Source: Vicinamibacterales bacterium (GTDB lineage Bacteria > Acidobacteriota > Vicinamibacteria > Vicinamibacterales > UBA2999). Taken from it: a stretch of DNA of 64,000 bases. Shown in pieces: positions 1-9,731 of the stretch (position 1 is the stretch's first letter; each line of letters begins with the position of its first letter). The stretch is from assembly GCA_050183355.1 (NCBI GenBank), contig JBFXBH010000002.1:23288-87287 (forward strand), in the 5' to 3' direction. The notes under the pieces were generated by a model, which searched no databases, had not been told where the DNA came from, and worked only from the letters and a program-made list of their open reading frames with translations. The translations under genes and the position numbers were made by a program.

Positions 1-83
1 TCAATACCATCACGGACTACTCGAACTACCGCCGCTTCACCGTGGACACCGCGACCACCTACGGCCTGCCCGTCGCCGACTGA
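1..83 (+). CDS. 3' end of an upstream CDS (partial, product not assignable)
   Basis: Frame 3 is open from the window edge to TGA at 81-83 (NTITDYSNYRRFTVDTATTYGLPVAD*). It lies 62 bp upstream of a DUF1552 gene, which is usually preceded by a DUF1592/DUF1588-family partner (inference only). Confidence 0.3.
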   Translation, partial: NTITDYSNYRRFTVDTATTYGLPVAD

Positions 84-145
84 TTCCAGTTCCCTCCGCG
101 CCGGCCGATTACCGTCGGGGCTGTTCCACGCCCGACGGGGGACCC

Positions 146-1471
146 ATGGCCGGAATCGTCACCAGGTGCGCGCTGCCTCGACGGACCTTCCTGCGCGGTG
201 CGGGCGTGTCCATCGCGCTGCCGTGGCTCGATGCGATGCTGCCCGCGCTGTCGGCCGCGCCGGCCTCCGGCCCCGCGCGGCTCGGCTTCTTCTACGTGCC
301 GAACGGCATGGCCATGGACGCGTGGCGCACGGCGTCGGCGGGCGCGTGCCCCGCGCTCACCGGGACGCTCGAACCGCTGTCGCCGCTGCGGCCTCACGTG
401 ACGGTCGTCTCGGGTCTCGGTCAGCCCTCGGCCGGGCGCGCCGATGCCGTCGGCCCGCACGCGCGGGCGGCGGCCGCGTGGCTGTCGGGGATGCCGCTCA
501 TCGAGACCGGGGCCGGTCACCTGCAGGGCGCGGTGACCGCGGATCAACTCGCGGCGCGCGACCTCGGCCGCGACACCGCCGTACCCGACCTCGCGCTGAT
601 GGCTGACGTTCCAGACGGCCCGCTGCCGCGGGCCCGCACGCCGGAGGCGGCCCGGCGGACGATCTCGTGGCGGGGGCCGGATACGCCCAACCCGATGGTG
701 TGGGAGCCGAGGGCGGTCTTCACACGCCTGTTCGGGACGGAGGGCGCGGACGGCGGAACAGGCCGTGACCGCAGCATTCTCGACGGCGTGGCCGATCAAC
801 TGCACGCACTGGCGCGGCGGATCGACGCGCGCGATCGGGCGGCCGTCGAGGATTACCTGACGGCGATCCGCGCGGTCGAGACGGCGTCGGCGTCGCGTCC
901 CGGGCGGTCCGATGTCGTTCCGGAGGAGGCGGCCGGTCTCGACGCGGAGCCGGATGACGACCCGGGTGCCCACGCCACGCAGATGTTCGACCTGTTGTAT
1001 CTGGCCTACCGTGCCGACCTCACGCGCGTCGCGACCTTCATGTTCGCGCCCGAGGCGAGCACCCGTGCGTACGCGCTCGACACGGGGACGGTCGTCCACC
1101 ACGAGGTGTCGCACCATGGGGGCGACCCGGTGAGCCTGGCGGCGCTGGCCGCGATCAACCGGACGCACGTGGCGCTGTTCGCGCGCTTCTGCGAGCGGCT
1201 GCGCGCCACGCCGGACGGCGACGCCACGCTGCTCGACCGGGCCGTCTTGCTCTACGGGGCGGGCTTGAGCGACTCGAGCCGGCATCACGCGCTCGACCTG
1301 CCGCTGGTCGTCGTCGGCGGCGCGAACGGTGCGCTGGCCGGCAACCGTCACCTGCGGTGCGACGCGCGCAAGCCGGAGCCGATGGCGAACCTGCTGCTGG
1401 GGTTGCTGGTGAAGGCCGGCGTGCGCGCCGGCCGGCTCGGCGACAGCACGGGCGTGCTGCCGGGGATCTAG
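146..1471 (+). CDS. DUF1552 domain-containing protein
   Basis: 441-aa ORF. The N-terminal RRTFLRGAGVSIALPWLDAM twin-arginine-like leader is characteristic of DUF1552 proteins. Confidence 0.8.
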   Translation: MAGIVTRCALPRRTFLRGAGVSIALPWLDAMLPALSAAPASGPARLGFFYVPNGMAMDAWRTASAGACPALTGTLEPLSPLRPHVTVVSGLGQPSAGRADAVGPHARAAAAWLSGMPLIETGAGHLQGAVTADQLAARDLGRDTAVPDLALMADVPDGPLPRARTPEAARRTISWRGPDTPNPMVWEPRAVFTRLFGTEGADGGTGRDRSILDGVADQLHALARRIDARDRAAVEDYLTAIRAVETASASRPGRSDVVPEEAAGLDAEPDDDPGAHATQMFDLLYLAYRADLTRVATFMFAPEASTRAYALDTGTVVHHEVSHHGGDPVSLAALAAINRTHVALFARFCERLRATPDGDATLLDRAVLLYGAGLSDSSRHHALDLPLVVVGGANGALAGNRHLRCDARKPEPMANLLLGLLVKAGVRAGRLGDSTGVLPGI

Positions 1472-1478
1472 CGCGCCG

Positions 1479-1913
1479 CTAGCGCTGCTCGGTGAACTCC
1501 CACGTGGAGAGGGTCTCGTCGTCCGCCGTCAGTTCCTTGCCGCCGGCCGGCACGCCGTTCGACCGCAGGAAGAACATCACGATGTCCACGTACTCCTGCC
1601 GCTTGAGCGAGTTGGGGTTCTCCGACGGCATCAGCCCCGAGATCTGGTCGATCATGTCGTTGAGCGCCGTGCCGTTCCAGCGCAGGAAGAACTCCTTGCC
1701 GCGCAGGGGCGGGCCGCCGTCGATCGCGCCGCCGAGCGCCGGGCCGTGGCACGTCGTGCACTTGCTCTTGTAGAGCGCGAAGCCGCGGTCGGCCTGGGCG
1801 TCCGTGTAGGCGCCTTCCCAGATGCTGCGGCGATGCTGCCCGGCCACCGGCGCGGCAAAGGCCGCCGTGAGCAGGGAAAGACCCAGACCGAACGCGACGA
1901 GTGAACGCTGCAT
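1479..1913 (-). CDS. c-type cytochrome (periplasmic)
   Basis: CXXCH haem motif (CTTCH). An internal Met gives a signal peptide MQRSLVAFGLGLSLLTAAFA. The track start at 1997 adds an Arg/Gly/Pro-rich extension that is probably not translated. Confidence 0.8.
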   Translation of the reverse strand: MQRSLVAFGLGLSLLTAAFAAPVAGQHRRSIWEGAYTDAQADRGFALYKSKCTTCHGPALGGAIDGGPPLRGKEFFLRWNGTALNDMIDQISGLMPSENPNSLKRQEYVDIVMFFLRSNGVPAGGKELTADDETLSTWEFTEQR

Positions 1914-2196
1914 AGGCCGAGGATAACAGAATGGCGACGGTGGGCCAGCCGCCGGCCCCCGCGCGGCGCCTCGACCGTATGCGCCATGGCGGGCCATCGC
2001 TCCCGGACGGCATGCCCCGATCGCGACGTGCAGCCCGCCGTCATGGTGCGCGAGACACCTGTCTCGACACGATTACGGAACTCAGGTATCCAGCGCATGG
2101 TCCTGCCGCTCCCGTGATACAACCCGCGACGCAATCCCTGGCACGGCTCCGGAGGTGCCCTGACGACCTCCGTGGCCCTTGAACTGGAGGAAGCCG

Positions 2197-5100
2197 ATGA
2201 GCGTGTGGAAAAGACTAGGCGTCGTGGTCGCGGCTGTCAGTCTCCTGCTGCTGGGCAGCGGCATCAGCGCGGCGCAGGTTGGAGGCAGCATCGCGGGAAA
2301 TGTGAAGGACTCGACCGGGGGCTCCATTCCGGGAGCCACCGTCGAAGTCGAGAGCCCCGCGCTCATCGAGAAGGTGCGCACCACGGTCACGGACGGACAA
2401 GGGAACTACCGGATCACCGACCTGCGCCCGGGCACCTACGCCGTCACCGTCAGGCTGGACGGGTTCAAGACCTACCGGCGGGAAGGCATCGAGCTGAGCG
2501 CCGGGTTCACGGCGCCGGTCAACGCGGAACTGTCCGTCGGCGCACTCGAGGAGACCGTGACCGTTACCGGCGCGGCCCCCATCGTCGACGTGCAGAGTGC
2601 GGGTTCGCAGTCCGTGCTGAGGACGGAGACGCTGAACGCCCTGCCGTCAGGCCAACAGGACCTCACCCAGGTGGCGTCCCTCACCCTGGGCGCGATGCCG
2701 TCCAGCGGCGACCGCAACGACGTCGGCGGCGACAAGGGCAGCCAGAGCACGGGCATCTCGATCCACGGCAGCCGCGGAGACGACGGCCGTCTGAGCTTCG
2801 ACGGCTTCAACGCCAACGTGTTCTTCGGCGGGTCCGGCGGGCAGCAGACGACCTATCAGTTCAACACCGTGGCCATCGCCGAGCAGGTGGTGGACACGAG
2901 CGGCAATTCCGCCCGCACGGAGACGGGCGGTGCGAACGTCAACATGGTGCCGCGTGAAGGCGGCAACGGCCTGAGCCTGATCGGCACGGCGTTCTACACC
3001 AACGAAAGCCTGTCGGCCGGTGCGGTCCCGGACAGCCTCGTGAGCCGGGGTTCGGCGGATGAAGTCAAGTCGCTGAAGGTCATCTACGACTACGGCGCCG
3101 GCATCGGCGGGCCGATCATGAAGGACAAGATCTGGTTCTTCAGCGCCAACCGGGTCTGGGGCTCCCAGACGTACGGCGCGGCCAACAACTACTTCAACAA
3201 GTCCGACGTGTTCTACCGGTACGAGCCGGATACGTCCAGACCGGTCTATTCGGACACCTACTTCCGCGACTACGGCGGCCGCATCACGCTCCAGGCGACC
3301 GACAAGCAGAAGGTCGGCATCCAGATCCATTATCAGCGCGGCTGCCGCTGCTGGCAGGGCATCACGGGCGGGGCGGCGCCGGAAGCGCAGTACAGCTTCT
3401 TCTACACGCCCCACTACGTCGCGCAGGGCACGTGGTCCTACCCGGCGACCAACCGGCTCCTCGTCCGCGCCGGCGCGGGCTACATGTACCAGGGCGTCGA
3501 ATTCAGCAGCTTCGGCTACGACCTGCCGTCGCGCCGCCGCGTCACCAACATCAACGACCCCGAGCGCGGCACCTATATCTGGGGCGGCACGTTCGGCGGC
3601 ATCGTCTTCAACGACAACGGCGAGCGCCAGCGGCAGGACAACGTCAGCTACTTCTCCAGCGCCTCGTACATCACCGGATCGTTCGACATCGAGTTCGGCT
3701 TTGACGGCCAGTGGGGCATGTTCCAGCAGAAGGGCAACCCGTTTCCGGCGGACGGCTACGACTTCACCTTCACCAACGGCCTCCCGCTGCAGATCACGCA
3801 GAACGCGGGACCGTTCAGAAGCGACGGCCGCGTCAAGAAGCTCGGGCTCTTCAGCTCGATTCGCTACAAGCTCGATCGCCTGACGATCACGGGCGCGCTT
3901 CGCTACGACCGCCACCACAGCTTCGCGCTGCCGGTGGAGATTCCGGCGGGACCGTTCATCGGTGCGCGCACGTATGACGGCGTTGATGCGCTGCCCCGCT
4001 ATCAGGACATCACGCCGCGTGTCGGCGCGGCCTACGACCTGTTCGGCAACGGGCGGACGGCGCTCCGTGCGTCGTGGGGCCGGTACCTGGTGGGCCTGGG
4101 CGGCGGCGCGCTGTCGAACCTCTCGCCCTCCAACGCGACCGTGGCGAGCGCGAGCCGGCTGTGGTTCGACAATCCGGCGAACCCCCTCATCGGCGGCACG
4201 AGCCCGTTCACCGGTGTCCGGGGTGACGCCGACTTCGTGCCGGACTGCGACCTCACCAACTTCGCGGCCAACGGTGAGTGCGGCCCGCTCAACGCGGGCG
4301 GCTTCGGCGTCTCGCGACCCGCCTACACCTGGGATGCGAACGCGCGTGAGGGCTGGGGCGTCCGCGAGTACAGCTACCAGTGGTCGCTGGCCGTGCAGCA
4401 CGAGCTGATGCCGAACTTCGGCGTGAGCGCGGGCTACTACCACACGGAGTTCAGGAACCAGCAGATCCAGGTCAACACGGCGCTGACCGCGGCCGACTTC
4501 AACACCTACTGCGTCACCGCGCCGACGGACACACGGATCGGGGGGGCCAGCGGCCAGGAGGTGTGCGGCCTCTACAACCAGACGCTCGCCTCGCTGACGA
4601 CGGCGCCGCAGAACGTCTGGTACCGGATCGGGGACGCACCCGTCCCGGGTCTGAGTGGGACGCCCAAGGAGTACTTCGACGGCGTCGAACTCTCGATGAA
4701 CTACCGCTACGGCAAGGGCGCGCTGCTCTCCGGCGGCCTCTCGCTCGGGCGCACGCGGACCGACACGTGCTTCGCCAACGCCTTCCCGCAGATCACCGCG
4801 ATCGGCCAGCAGGGCGCGGCCGGGCAGACGACGCTTAACCTCAACACCGCTCGCAGCGCGGACTACTGCACGAACGCGGCCCAGAAACTCTGGGACTCGA
4901 TCGGCTCGCAGGTGAAACTGCAGGCCGTGTATCCGCTGCCGGGCAACTTCATCGTCAGCGGCACGTTCAAGCACCTTCCGGGCGTCAGCCGCACGGCGAA
5001 CGTACAGTACGGCAACGCGCTCATCGCCCCGAGCCTGGGCCGGAACCTCTCGGCCTGCGGCAACGTGACGGGTGCCTGCGGCGTGACGCAGACGGTCAAC

Positions 5101-5352
5101 ATCGACCTGCCCGGCCAGTTGCGGGATGACCGGCTCACGCAGGTGGACCTGCGGTTCCAGCGCCGGTTCCAGATCGGCAAGGCGCGGTTCGCTCCCGTGT
5201 TCGAGATCTACAACGTGACGAACACGCGCGCGCCGCAGGGCAGTTTCGCGACGTGGGGCATCGCGCCGAGCAACCAGAACCCGTCGTTCTACCGGCCGAC
5301 GGTCCTGCTGGGCGGCCGGCTCTTCAAGTTCGGCACGCAGATCGACTTCTGA
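2197..5352 (+). CDS. TonB-dependent receptor with N-terminal carboxypeptidase-regulatory-like domain
   Basis: GGAGGA RBS before ATG 2197. Signal peptide, then GSIAGNVKDSTGGSIPGATVEV...TDGQGNYRITDLRPGTY (CarboxypepD_reg-like). About 1050 aa with a C-terminal aromatic residue (QIDF). Confidence 0.9.
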   Translation: MSVWKRLGVVVAAVSLLLLGSGISAAQVGGSIAGNVKDSTGGSIPGATVEVESPALIEKVRTTVTDGQGNYRITDLRPGTYAVTVRLDGFKTYRREGIELSAGFTAPVNAELSVGALEETVTVTGAAPIVDVQSAGSQSVLRTETLNALPSGQQDLTQVASLTLGAMPSSGDRNDVGGDKGSQSTGISIHGSRGDDGRLSFDGFNANVFFGGSGGQQTTYQFNTVAIAEQVVDTSGNSARTETGGANVNMVPREGGNGLSLIGTAFYTNESLSAGAVPDSLVSRGSADEVKSLKVIYDYGAGIGGPIMKDKIWFFSANRVWGSQTYGAANNYFNKSDVFYRYEPDTSRPVYSDTYFRDYGGRITLQATDKQKVGIQIHYQRGCRCWQGITGGAAPEAQYSFFYTPHYVAQGTWSYPATNRLLVRAGAGYMYQGVEFSSFGYDLPSRRRVTNINDPERGTYIWGGTFGGIVFNDNGERQRQDNVSYFSSASYITGSFDIEFGFDGQWGMFQQKGNPFPADGYDFTFTNGLPLQITQNAGPFRSDGRVKKLGLFSSIRYKLDRLTITGALRYDRHHSFALPVEIPAGPFIGARTYDGVDALPRYQDITPRVGAAYDLFGNGRTALRASWGRYLVGLGGGALSNLSPSNATVASASRLWFDNPANPLIGGTSPFTGVRGDADFVPDCDLTNFAANGECGPLNAGGFGVSRPAYTWDANAREGWGVREYSYQWSLAVQHELMPNFGVSAGYYHTEFRNQQIQVNTALTAADFNTYCVTAPTDTRIGGASGQEVCGLYNQTLASLTTAPQNVWYRIGDAPVPGLSGTPKEYFDGVELSMNYRYGKGALLSGGLSLGRTRTDTCFANAFPQITAIGQQGAAGQTTLNLNTARSADYCTNAAQKLWDSIGSQVKLQAVYPLPGNFIVSGTFKHLPGVSRTANVQYGNALIAPSLGRNLSACGNVTGACGVTQTVNIDLPGQLRDDRLTQVDLRFQRRFQIGKARFAPVFEIYNVTNTRAPQGSFATWGIAPSNQNPSFYRPTVLLGGRLFKFGTQIDF

Positions 5353-5364
5353 GATGTAACGGGC

Positions 5365-5402
5365 GCCCCGCGTCGGGCTGACCGGACAGCCGGACGCGGG
5401 GC
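5365..5402. terminator. Strong GC hairpin between convergent genes (putative bidirectional intrinsic terminator)
   Basis: GCCCCGCGTCGGGCTG (5365-5380) pairs with CAGCCGGACGCGGGGC (5387-5402), 15/16 bp, loop ACCGGA. It starts 13 nt after the receptor stop. No clear U-tract. Confidence 0.55.
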
Positions 5403-5437
5403 CTCGTCCGCACCCCACCAGGCGTCGACGACGCGCT

Positions 5438-6472
5438 CTACGCCGGTGTCGAGGAGGGGCGTGGCGGCACAGCGGACGCGGAGCCGCGGCCGCGCAGCCG
5501 CGCGACGGCCCGGCCGATGGCCACCGACCCGTGGAAGATCCGGCCGACCGGAATCACGCCCTGGATCCGGTGACGGCCGATCGCTTCGAGGCCCGCGGAG
5601 GCGATGCACCCGCAGTTGAGGCAGTCGGGATTGCCGCCGAACTGGCACGGCGTCACCGTCGTCGTGAAGTCCGACGACACACAGTGCGTCGTCTGCGCGA
5701 ACACGCACGCGTCCGGCGACGCCGGCGGCGTGGCGTAGACGTTCAGCATGGCGTCGGGGACCTGGAGCTTCGGGTATTTCGCGCGCAGGGTTCGCAGGCC
5801 GGCAATCACGCGCGCGCGGTCGTCCTTCGTCAGCCGCTCCATCGAGATCTCGCCCTTCTGCGGCGTGTAGAGGCTGAACCAGATGAGGCGCGTGTGCGCG
5901 TTGGCGTGCCAGAAGGCGACGAACTCGTCGAGATAGCCGTCGCGCCGGGCCTGCTGCCGGGTGACCGTGCAGTGGACGGTGATCTGGTGCCCGTCAATGT
6001 GCTTGAGGATGCGCTCGTAGGTGGCCGGCTTGCGGCGCTCGTCATGCTCCGGCTGGAGGCCGTCGATCGAGACGACGATCTGCAGACGGCGCAGCCCGGC
6101 CCAGCTCGCGGGAATGGGCCGCACGGCGCTGGTCACCAGTTGCGTGTGGACGCCGCGGTCCGCGAGCCACGGCAGGATCCGATCGAGCTCCCGGAAGCGC
6201 ACGAGCGGCTCGCCTCCGATGATCGACAGGTGGAGCGGGTGGTGTTCCTCGACGAGCGCCTTGAAGCGGTCGACCAGTTCGTCGCCCTTGAAGTCGGACA
6301 GGCCGCGCAGCGTGACGTCGCCGCCCAGGTGCTCGTCGCCGTAGGCGTAGCAGCCCGGGCAGGTGAGCGGGCACTCCTTCGTCAGCTCGACGGACAGATT
6401 GGGATGCCGGCCCGCGAGAATCCGGCCCCAGGCGCTGACGACATGACCGACGCCGATCCCGCTCGCTGCCAT
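5438..6472 (-). CDS. radical SAM protein with Cys-rich C-terminal (SPASM/DUF3463-like) region
   Basis: CX3CX2C motif (CPLTCPGC) near the N-terminus. C-terminal cluster CVFAQTTHC...CQFGGNPDCLNCGC. Start set at the internal Met (MAASGIGVG); the upstream part of the track ORF overlaps the SET gene region. Confidence 0.8.
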   Translation of the reverse strand: MAASGIGVGHVVSAWGRILAGRHPNLSVELTKECPLTCPGCYAYGDEHLGGDVTLRGLSDFKGDELVDRFKALVEEHHPLHLSIIGGEPLVRFRELDRILPWLADRGVHTQLVTSAVRPIPASWAGLRRLQIVVSIDGLQPEHDERRKPATYERILKHIDGHQITVHCTVTRQQARRDGYLDEFVAFWHANAHTRLIWFSLYTPQKGEISMERLTKDDRARVIAGLRTLRAKYPKLQVPDAMLNVYATPPASPDACVFAQTTHCVSSDFTTTVTPCQFGGNPDCLNCGCIASAGLEAIGRHRIQGVIPVGRIFHGSVAIGRAVARLRGRGSASAVPPRPSSTPA

Positions 6473-6532
6473 GACCCAATTATCGGCGCGGCCCGGGGAA
6501 TCGCAACCGCGGCCTTTGTTATCCTGTGAGCA

Positions 6533-6949
6533 ATGAGCCGTCCCGTCGTGTTGCCGAAGATCGTCCGCCGCAAGTCCAAACTGCATGGGTTCGGGGTCTT
6601 TGCGAAGGAAGACATCAACAAGAATCGCCGGATCGTCGATTACGCCGGCGAGCTGATCGACCACAAGGAAAGCTACAAACGCGAGACGAAGTACCTGAAG
6701 CAGGGCTGCATCTGGTGCTTCACGGTGAACCGCCGCTGGGTCCGGGACGGCAACGTCAACGGCAACATCGGCCGGTTCGTCAACCATGCCTGCAAGCCGA
6801 ACTGCTACAGCCAGGTGATCGGCCGCACGGTGTGGATTCGCGCGGCGCGCAACATCAAGGCCGGCGAAGAACTGACCTACGACTACTACACGGACGGCGA
6901 CCGGATCATCCAGTGCCGGTGCCGCCCGGGCTGCACGCGCAAGCTGTGA
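6533..6949 (+). CDS. SET domain-containing protein-lysine N-methyltransferase (minimal bacterial SET)
   Basis: 138 aa with GFGVFA, RFVNHACKPNC (NHxCxPN-type), ELTYDY and post-SET CRCRPGC motifs. Confidence 0.85.
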   Translation: MSRPVVLPKIVRRKSKLHGFGVFAKEDINKNRRIVDYAGELIDHKESYKRETKYLKQGCIWCFTVNRRWVRDGNVNGNIGRFVNHACKPNCYSQVIGRTVWIRAARNIKAGEELTYDYYTDGDRIIQCRCRPGCTRKL

Positions 6950-8505
6950 TGCGGGGAGCCTCGCCGTCGCGGATGCTGACCGGCGGCGTGGCGGCCGTGC
7001 TCGCGCTGCTCGTCATGCCGCTCGCGGGGCGCCAGGCCGGCGAGCCCGGCGATGGCGACCTCGAGGCGGCCAGCGGCGGCCGGACCGTCCGCGTCGGGAC
7101 GGGGCCCGACCGGCGCGTGGTCACCGTGCCGCTCGAGGTCTACGTGGCCCGTGTGCTGGCGGGCGAGGGCGAGCCGAGAGCCGCGGAGGCCGCGCATCAG
7201 GCGCTCGCGATCGCGATCCGCACCTACGCCTTCGCGAACCAGAACCGGCACCAGCGCGACGGCTACGACCTCTGCGACACCACGCACTGCCAGGTGATGC
7301 GGACGGCGAGCCCGGCCTCGCGCCGCGCGGCGATGGCCACCGCCGGCCAGACGTTGATGTACCAGGGGCGGCCGGCCGAGCTCTTCTATTCCGCGTCGTG
7401 CGGAGGCCGGACCGAGGCGGCGTCGACGGTGTGGCGCGGCATGCCCGCCTATCCCTACCTGCGGTCCGTCGAGGACGGCGTCCACGGGGACGACGCGCCC
7501 TGGACGCTCGTGCTCTCCACGACCGCGCTCCGCACCGCGCTGGCCAAGGTGGGCCTCAGCGGCGAGAGCCTGCGCTCGATCGCGGTCGAGGACCGGACGG
7601 CTTCGGGCCGCGTCACCCGCCTGCGCGTCAACGGCCTGCGGCCGCCCGAGATTTCCGGCGAGGACTTCCGCGCGGCGGTCGGTCCGACCGTGCTCAGGAG
7701 CACGGCGTTCTCCGTCCGGAAGACGGATGCGGGCTACGAGTTCAGCGGCCGGGGGTACGGACACGGCGTCGGCATGTGCGTGATCGGTGCCGGGCGTCTG
7801 GCGGCGCGGGGACAGTCGGCGTCGCAGATTCTCGAGCTGTACTACCCGGGCCTGCAACTGCTGACGGCCTCCGGTGTCGCGGTCCCGGCGGGCGTGCGCA
7901 GCGCGTTGCCCGGTGCTCCGGTGGGCGCGGGAGATCGGCCCGCGTCGGCGTCCGCGCCGGCCGTTCCCGCGTCCGCGGCGCCCGTCGTGGTGCGCGTCGC
8001 CGGGGACGCGACGATCGATCGGACCGCGCTGGAGCGCCTGTCGGCCTCGGCCTACGATGCGCTGTCGACGACGCTCGGCGTGTCGGTGGCGCCGCTGACC
8101 GTGACCGTGCACCAGACGGTCGAAGGATTTCGCGCGGCGACCGGCCGGCCCTGGTGGGCGGACTCCCGCGTCTCCGGCTCGACGGTCGACCTGCAGTCGC
8201 CGGTCCTGCTGGCGCAGCGCGCGGGCCTCGACTTCGCGCTGCGGGAGGCGATCGCGGGTGTTCTGGTGTCGGCGTCGCTCGCCGGCCGGCCCGAGTGGGT
8301 CCGTGTCGGCGCGGCGCGCTACTATGCGCGCCTGACCGCGGGTGGCGGCGCCCTGCCACCGCGGAACGAGAAGCTGGTGTGTCCTGCCGACGACGAACTG
8401 CTGCTGCCGGTCTCGGCCGCGGCCCAGCGCGAGGCCGAACGCCGCGCGGAGGCCTGTTTCGCGCGTGCGCGGGCCAAGGTGACCGACTGGCGGGCCGTGC
8501 GGTGA
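6949..8505 (+). CDS. SpoIID/LytB domain-containing protein (secreted)
   Basis: ATG 6949 overlaps the SET stop codon (TGATG). Signal peptide, then SpoIID-like motifs (YLxGVL-type VYVARVLAGE, CDTTHCQV, FYSASCGGRT, GHGVGMC). The track start at 6526 is an in-frame artefact. Confidence 0.8.
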   Translation: MRGASPSRMLTGGVAAVLALLVMPLAGRQAGEPGDGDLEAASGGRTVRVGTGPDRRVVTVPLEVYVARVLAGEGEPRAAEAAHQALAIAIRTYAFANQNRHQRDGYDLCDTTHCQVMRTASPASRRAAMATAGQTLMYQGRPAELFYSASCGGRTEAASTVWRGMPAYPYLRSVEDGVHGDDAPWTLVLSTTALRTALAKVGLSGESLRSIAVEDRTASGRVTRLRVNGLRPPEISGEDFRAAVGPTVLRSTAFSVRKTDAGYEFSGRGYGHGVGMCVIGAGRLAARGQSASQILELYYPGLQLLTASGVAVPAGVRSALPGAPVGAGDRPASASAPAVPASAAPVVVRVAGDATIDRTALERLSASAYDALSTTLGVSVAPLTVTVHQTVEGFRAATGRPWWADSRVSGSTVDLQSPVLLAQRAGLDFALREAIAGVLVSASLAGRPEWVRVGAARYYARLTAGGGALPPRNEKLVCPADDELLLPVSAAAQREAERRAEACFARARAKVTDWRAVR

Positions 8506-8510
8506 GCCGG

Positions 8511-9647
8511 ATGCGCGCCGTACGCGGCGGTGTGGCGGTCTGTACGGCCGTTCTGCTGGCGGCCACGCTCGTCGCCGAGCGGCGCCACCCGGGCGCGCAC
8601 GCGCAGGCATCGGCCGCGCCGGGTCGTCAGCCGGCACCGGGCTGGGCCGCCGCGATCGGCGAACTGTCCGAGCCGGGCGGGTACTTCGACACCGACAACC
8701 TGATCTCGAACGAACGGTCCTACGCCGAGCCGATGCCTGCGCTTGACGCCGCCGGCCTCGCGGGCGGCGTGTACATCGGCGTCGGGCCCGACCAGAACTT
8801 CTCGTACATCGCGCGGCTGAAGCCGTCGGCCGCCTATCTGATCGACATCCGGCGCGACAACCTGCTGCTGCATCTGCTGTTCAAGGCGTTCTTCGAGCTG
8901 GCCGACACGCGGGCGGAGTACCTGTGCCTGCTCATCGGCTGTGCGGTGCCGCCCGCGGACCTGGCGCGGACCCGCGAGATGCCGGCCGGCGCGCTGGCCG
9001 ACTGGACGGACATGGCGCGCCGCCACCGGCCGATCGGGTCGGTGCCAGACCCGCGGATCGACCGCGTGCTCGCCGCGTTCGGCGTGCCGCTGTCGGCGGG
9101 CGACCGCGACGCCGTGACCCGGTTTCATCGAAGCTTCCAGGATGAGGGGCTGGACCTGAAGTTCCACTCGTTCGGCCGTCCGCCGCAGCGGCACTATCCC
9201 TCGTATCGCGATCTGATGACCGAGACGGACCCGGCCGGAGCGCCGGCGCACTTCCTGGCGACCGAAGCTGCGTACGCCGTCGTGCGCGACCTGCAGCGGC
9301 GTGACGCCATCGTGCCGCTGGTCGGCGACCTCGCCGGCCCGACGGCGCTGGCGGCGCTGGGCCGCCGGCTCGAGTCATCCGGTGCGCGCGTGTCGGCGGT
9401 CTATGTGTCCAACGTCGAGTACTACCTGTTCGGAACGGGCCGGTTCCGGGCGTTCGCCGCGCATCTTGCCAGGCTGCCCCGCCGGCCGGGCGCGGTGCTG
9501 CTGCGGTCGGTCTTCCAGGGGATGAGCGGCCCGGTGCGGCCCGGCTACGGGAGCACGTCGGTCGCCGTGCCGGTCGACGCCGTGGTCCGGGCCTGGAACG
9601 CGGGCGCGATTGACAGCTACGGCGACCTGCTGCGCGTGGTTCGCTGA
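8511..9647 (+). CDS. hypothetical secreted protein
   Basis: ATG 8511 lies 6 nt after the SpoIID stop. It has an N-terminal signal-like segment and coding-like composition. I do not recognise a family. Confidence 0.6.
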   Translation: MRAVRGGVAVCTAVLLAATLVAERRHPGAHAQASAAPGRQPAPGWAAAIGELSEPGGYFDTDNLISNERSYAEPMPALDAAGLAGGVYIGVGPDQNFSYIARLKPSAAYLIDIRRDNLLLHLLFKAFFELADTRAEYLCLLIGCAVPPADLARTREMPAGALADWTDMARRHRPIGSVPDPRIDRVLAAFGVPLSAGDRDAVTRFHRSFQDEGLDLKFHSFGRPPQRHYPSYRDLMTETDPAGAPAHFLATEAAYAVVRDLQRRDAIVPLVGDLAGPTALAALGRRLESSGARVSAVYVSNVEYYLFGTGRFRAFAAHLARLPRRPGAVLLRSVFQGMSGPVRPGYGSTSVAVPVDAVVRAWNAGAIDSYGDLLRVVR

Positions 9648-9731
9648 CTGACAACACGCCCCCCGGGGAGCCACCCCGTTTGGCATAATGGCGGAAGTCT
9701 CGCGTCTGGCACGCTTCTGAGGACGACTCCC

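Noticed and set aside
2301-2305. Isolated TGTGA half-sites inside genes (for example 2301, 6946, 20717, 25034, 48384)
   Set aside because: None is followed by TCACA after 6 nt. Only the three intergenic sites are complete palindromes.
5355-5360. Additional TGTAAC hexamers (5355-5360 and 19167-19172)
   Set aside because: There is no CACTCA 17 nt downstream. One sits in a terminator region and the other spans a stop codon. Neither was counted as a promoter copy.
2647-5418. 923-aa ORF on the minus strand
   Set aside because: It is exactly antisense to the well-supported TonB-dependent receptor. The Arg/Ala/Gly-rich low-complexity translation is typical of high-GC antisense frames.
9707-9720. 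Sigma-54-like TGGCAC-N5-TGA upstream of msrP
   Set aside because: The -12 element is TGA rather than TTGC/TGC, and no enhancer-binding protein gene is nearby. It is a partial match only.
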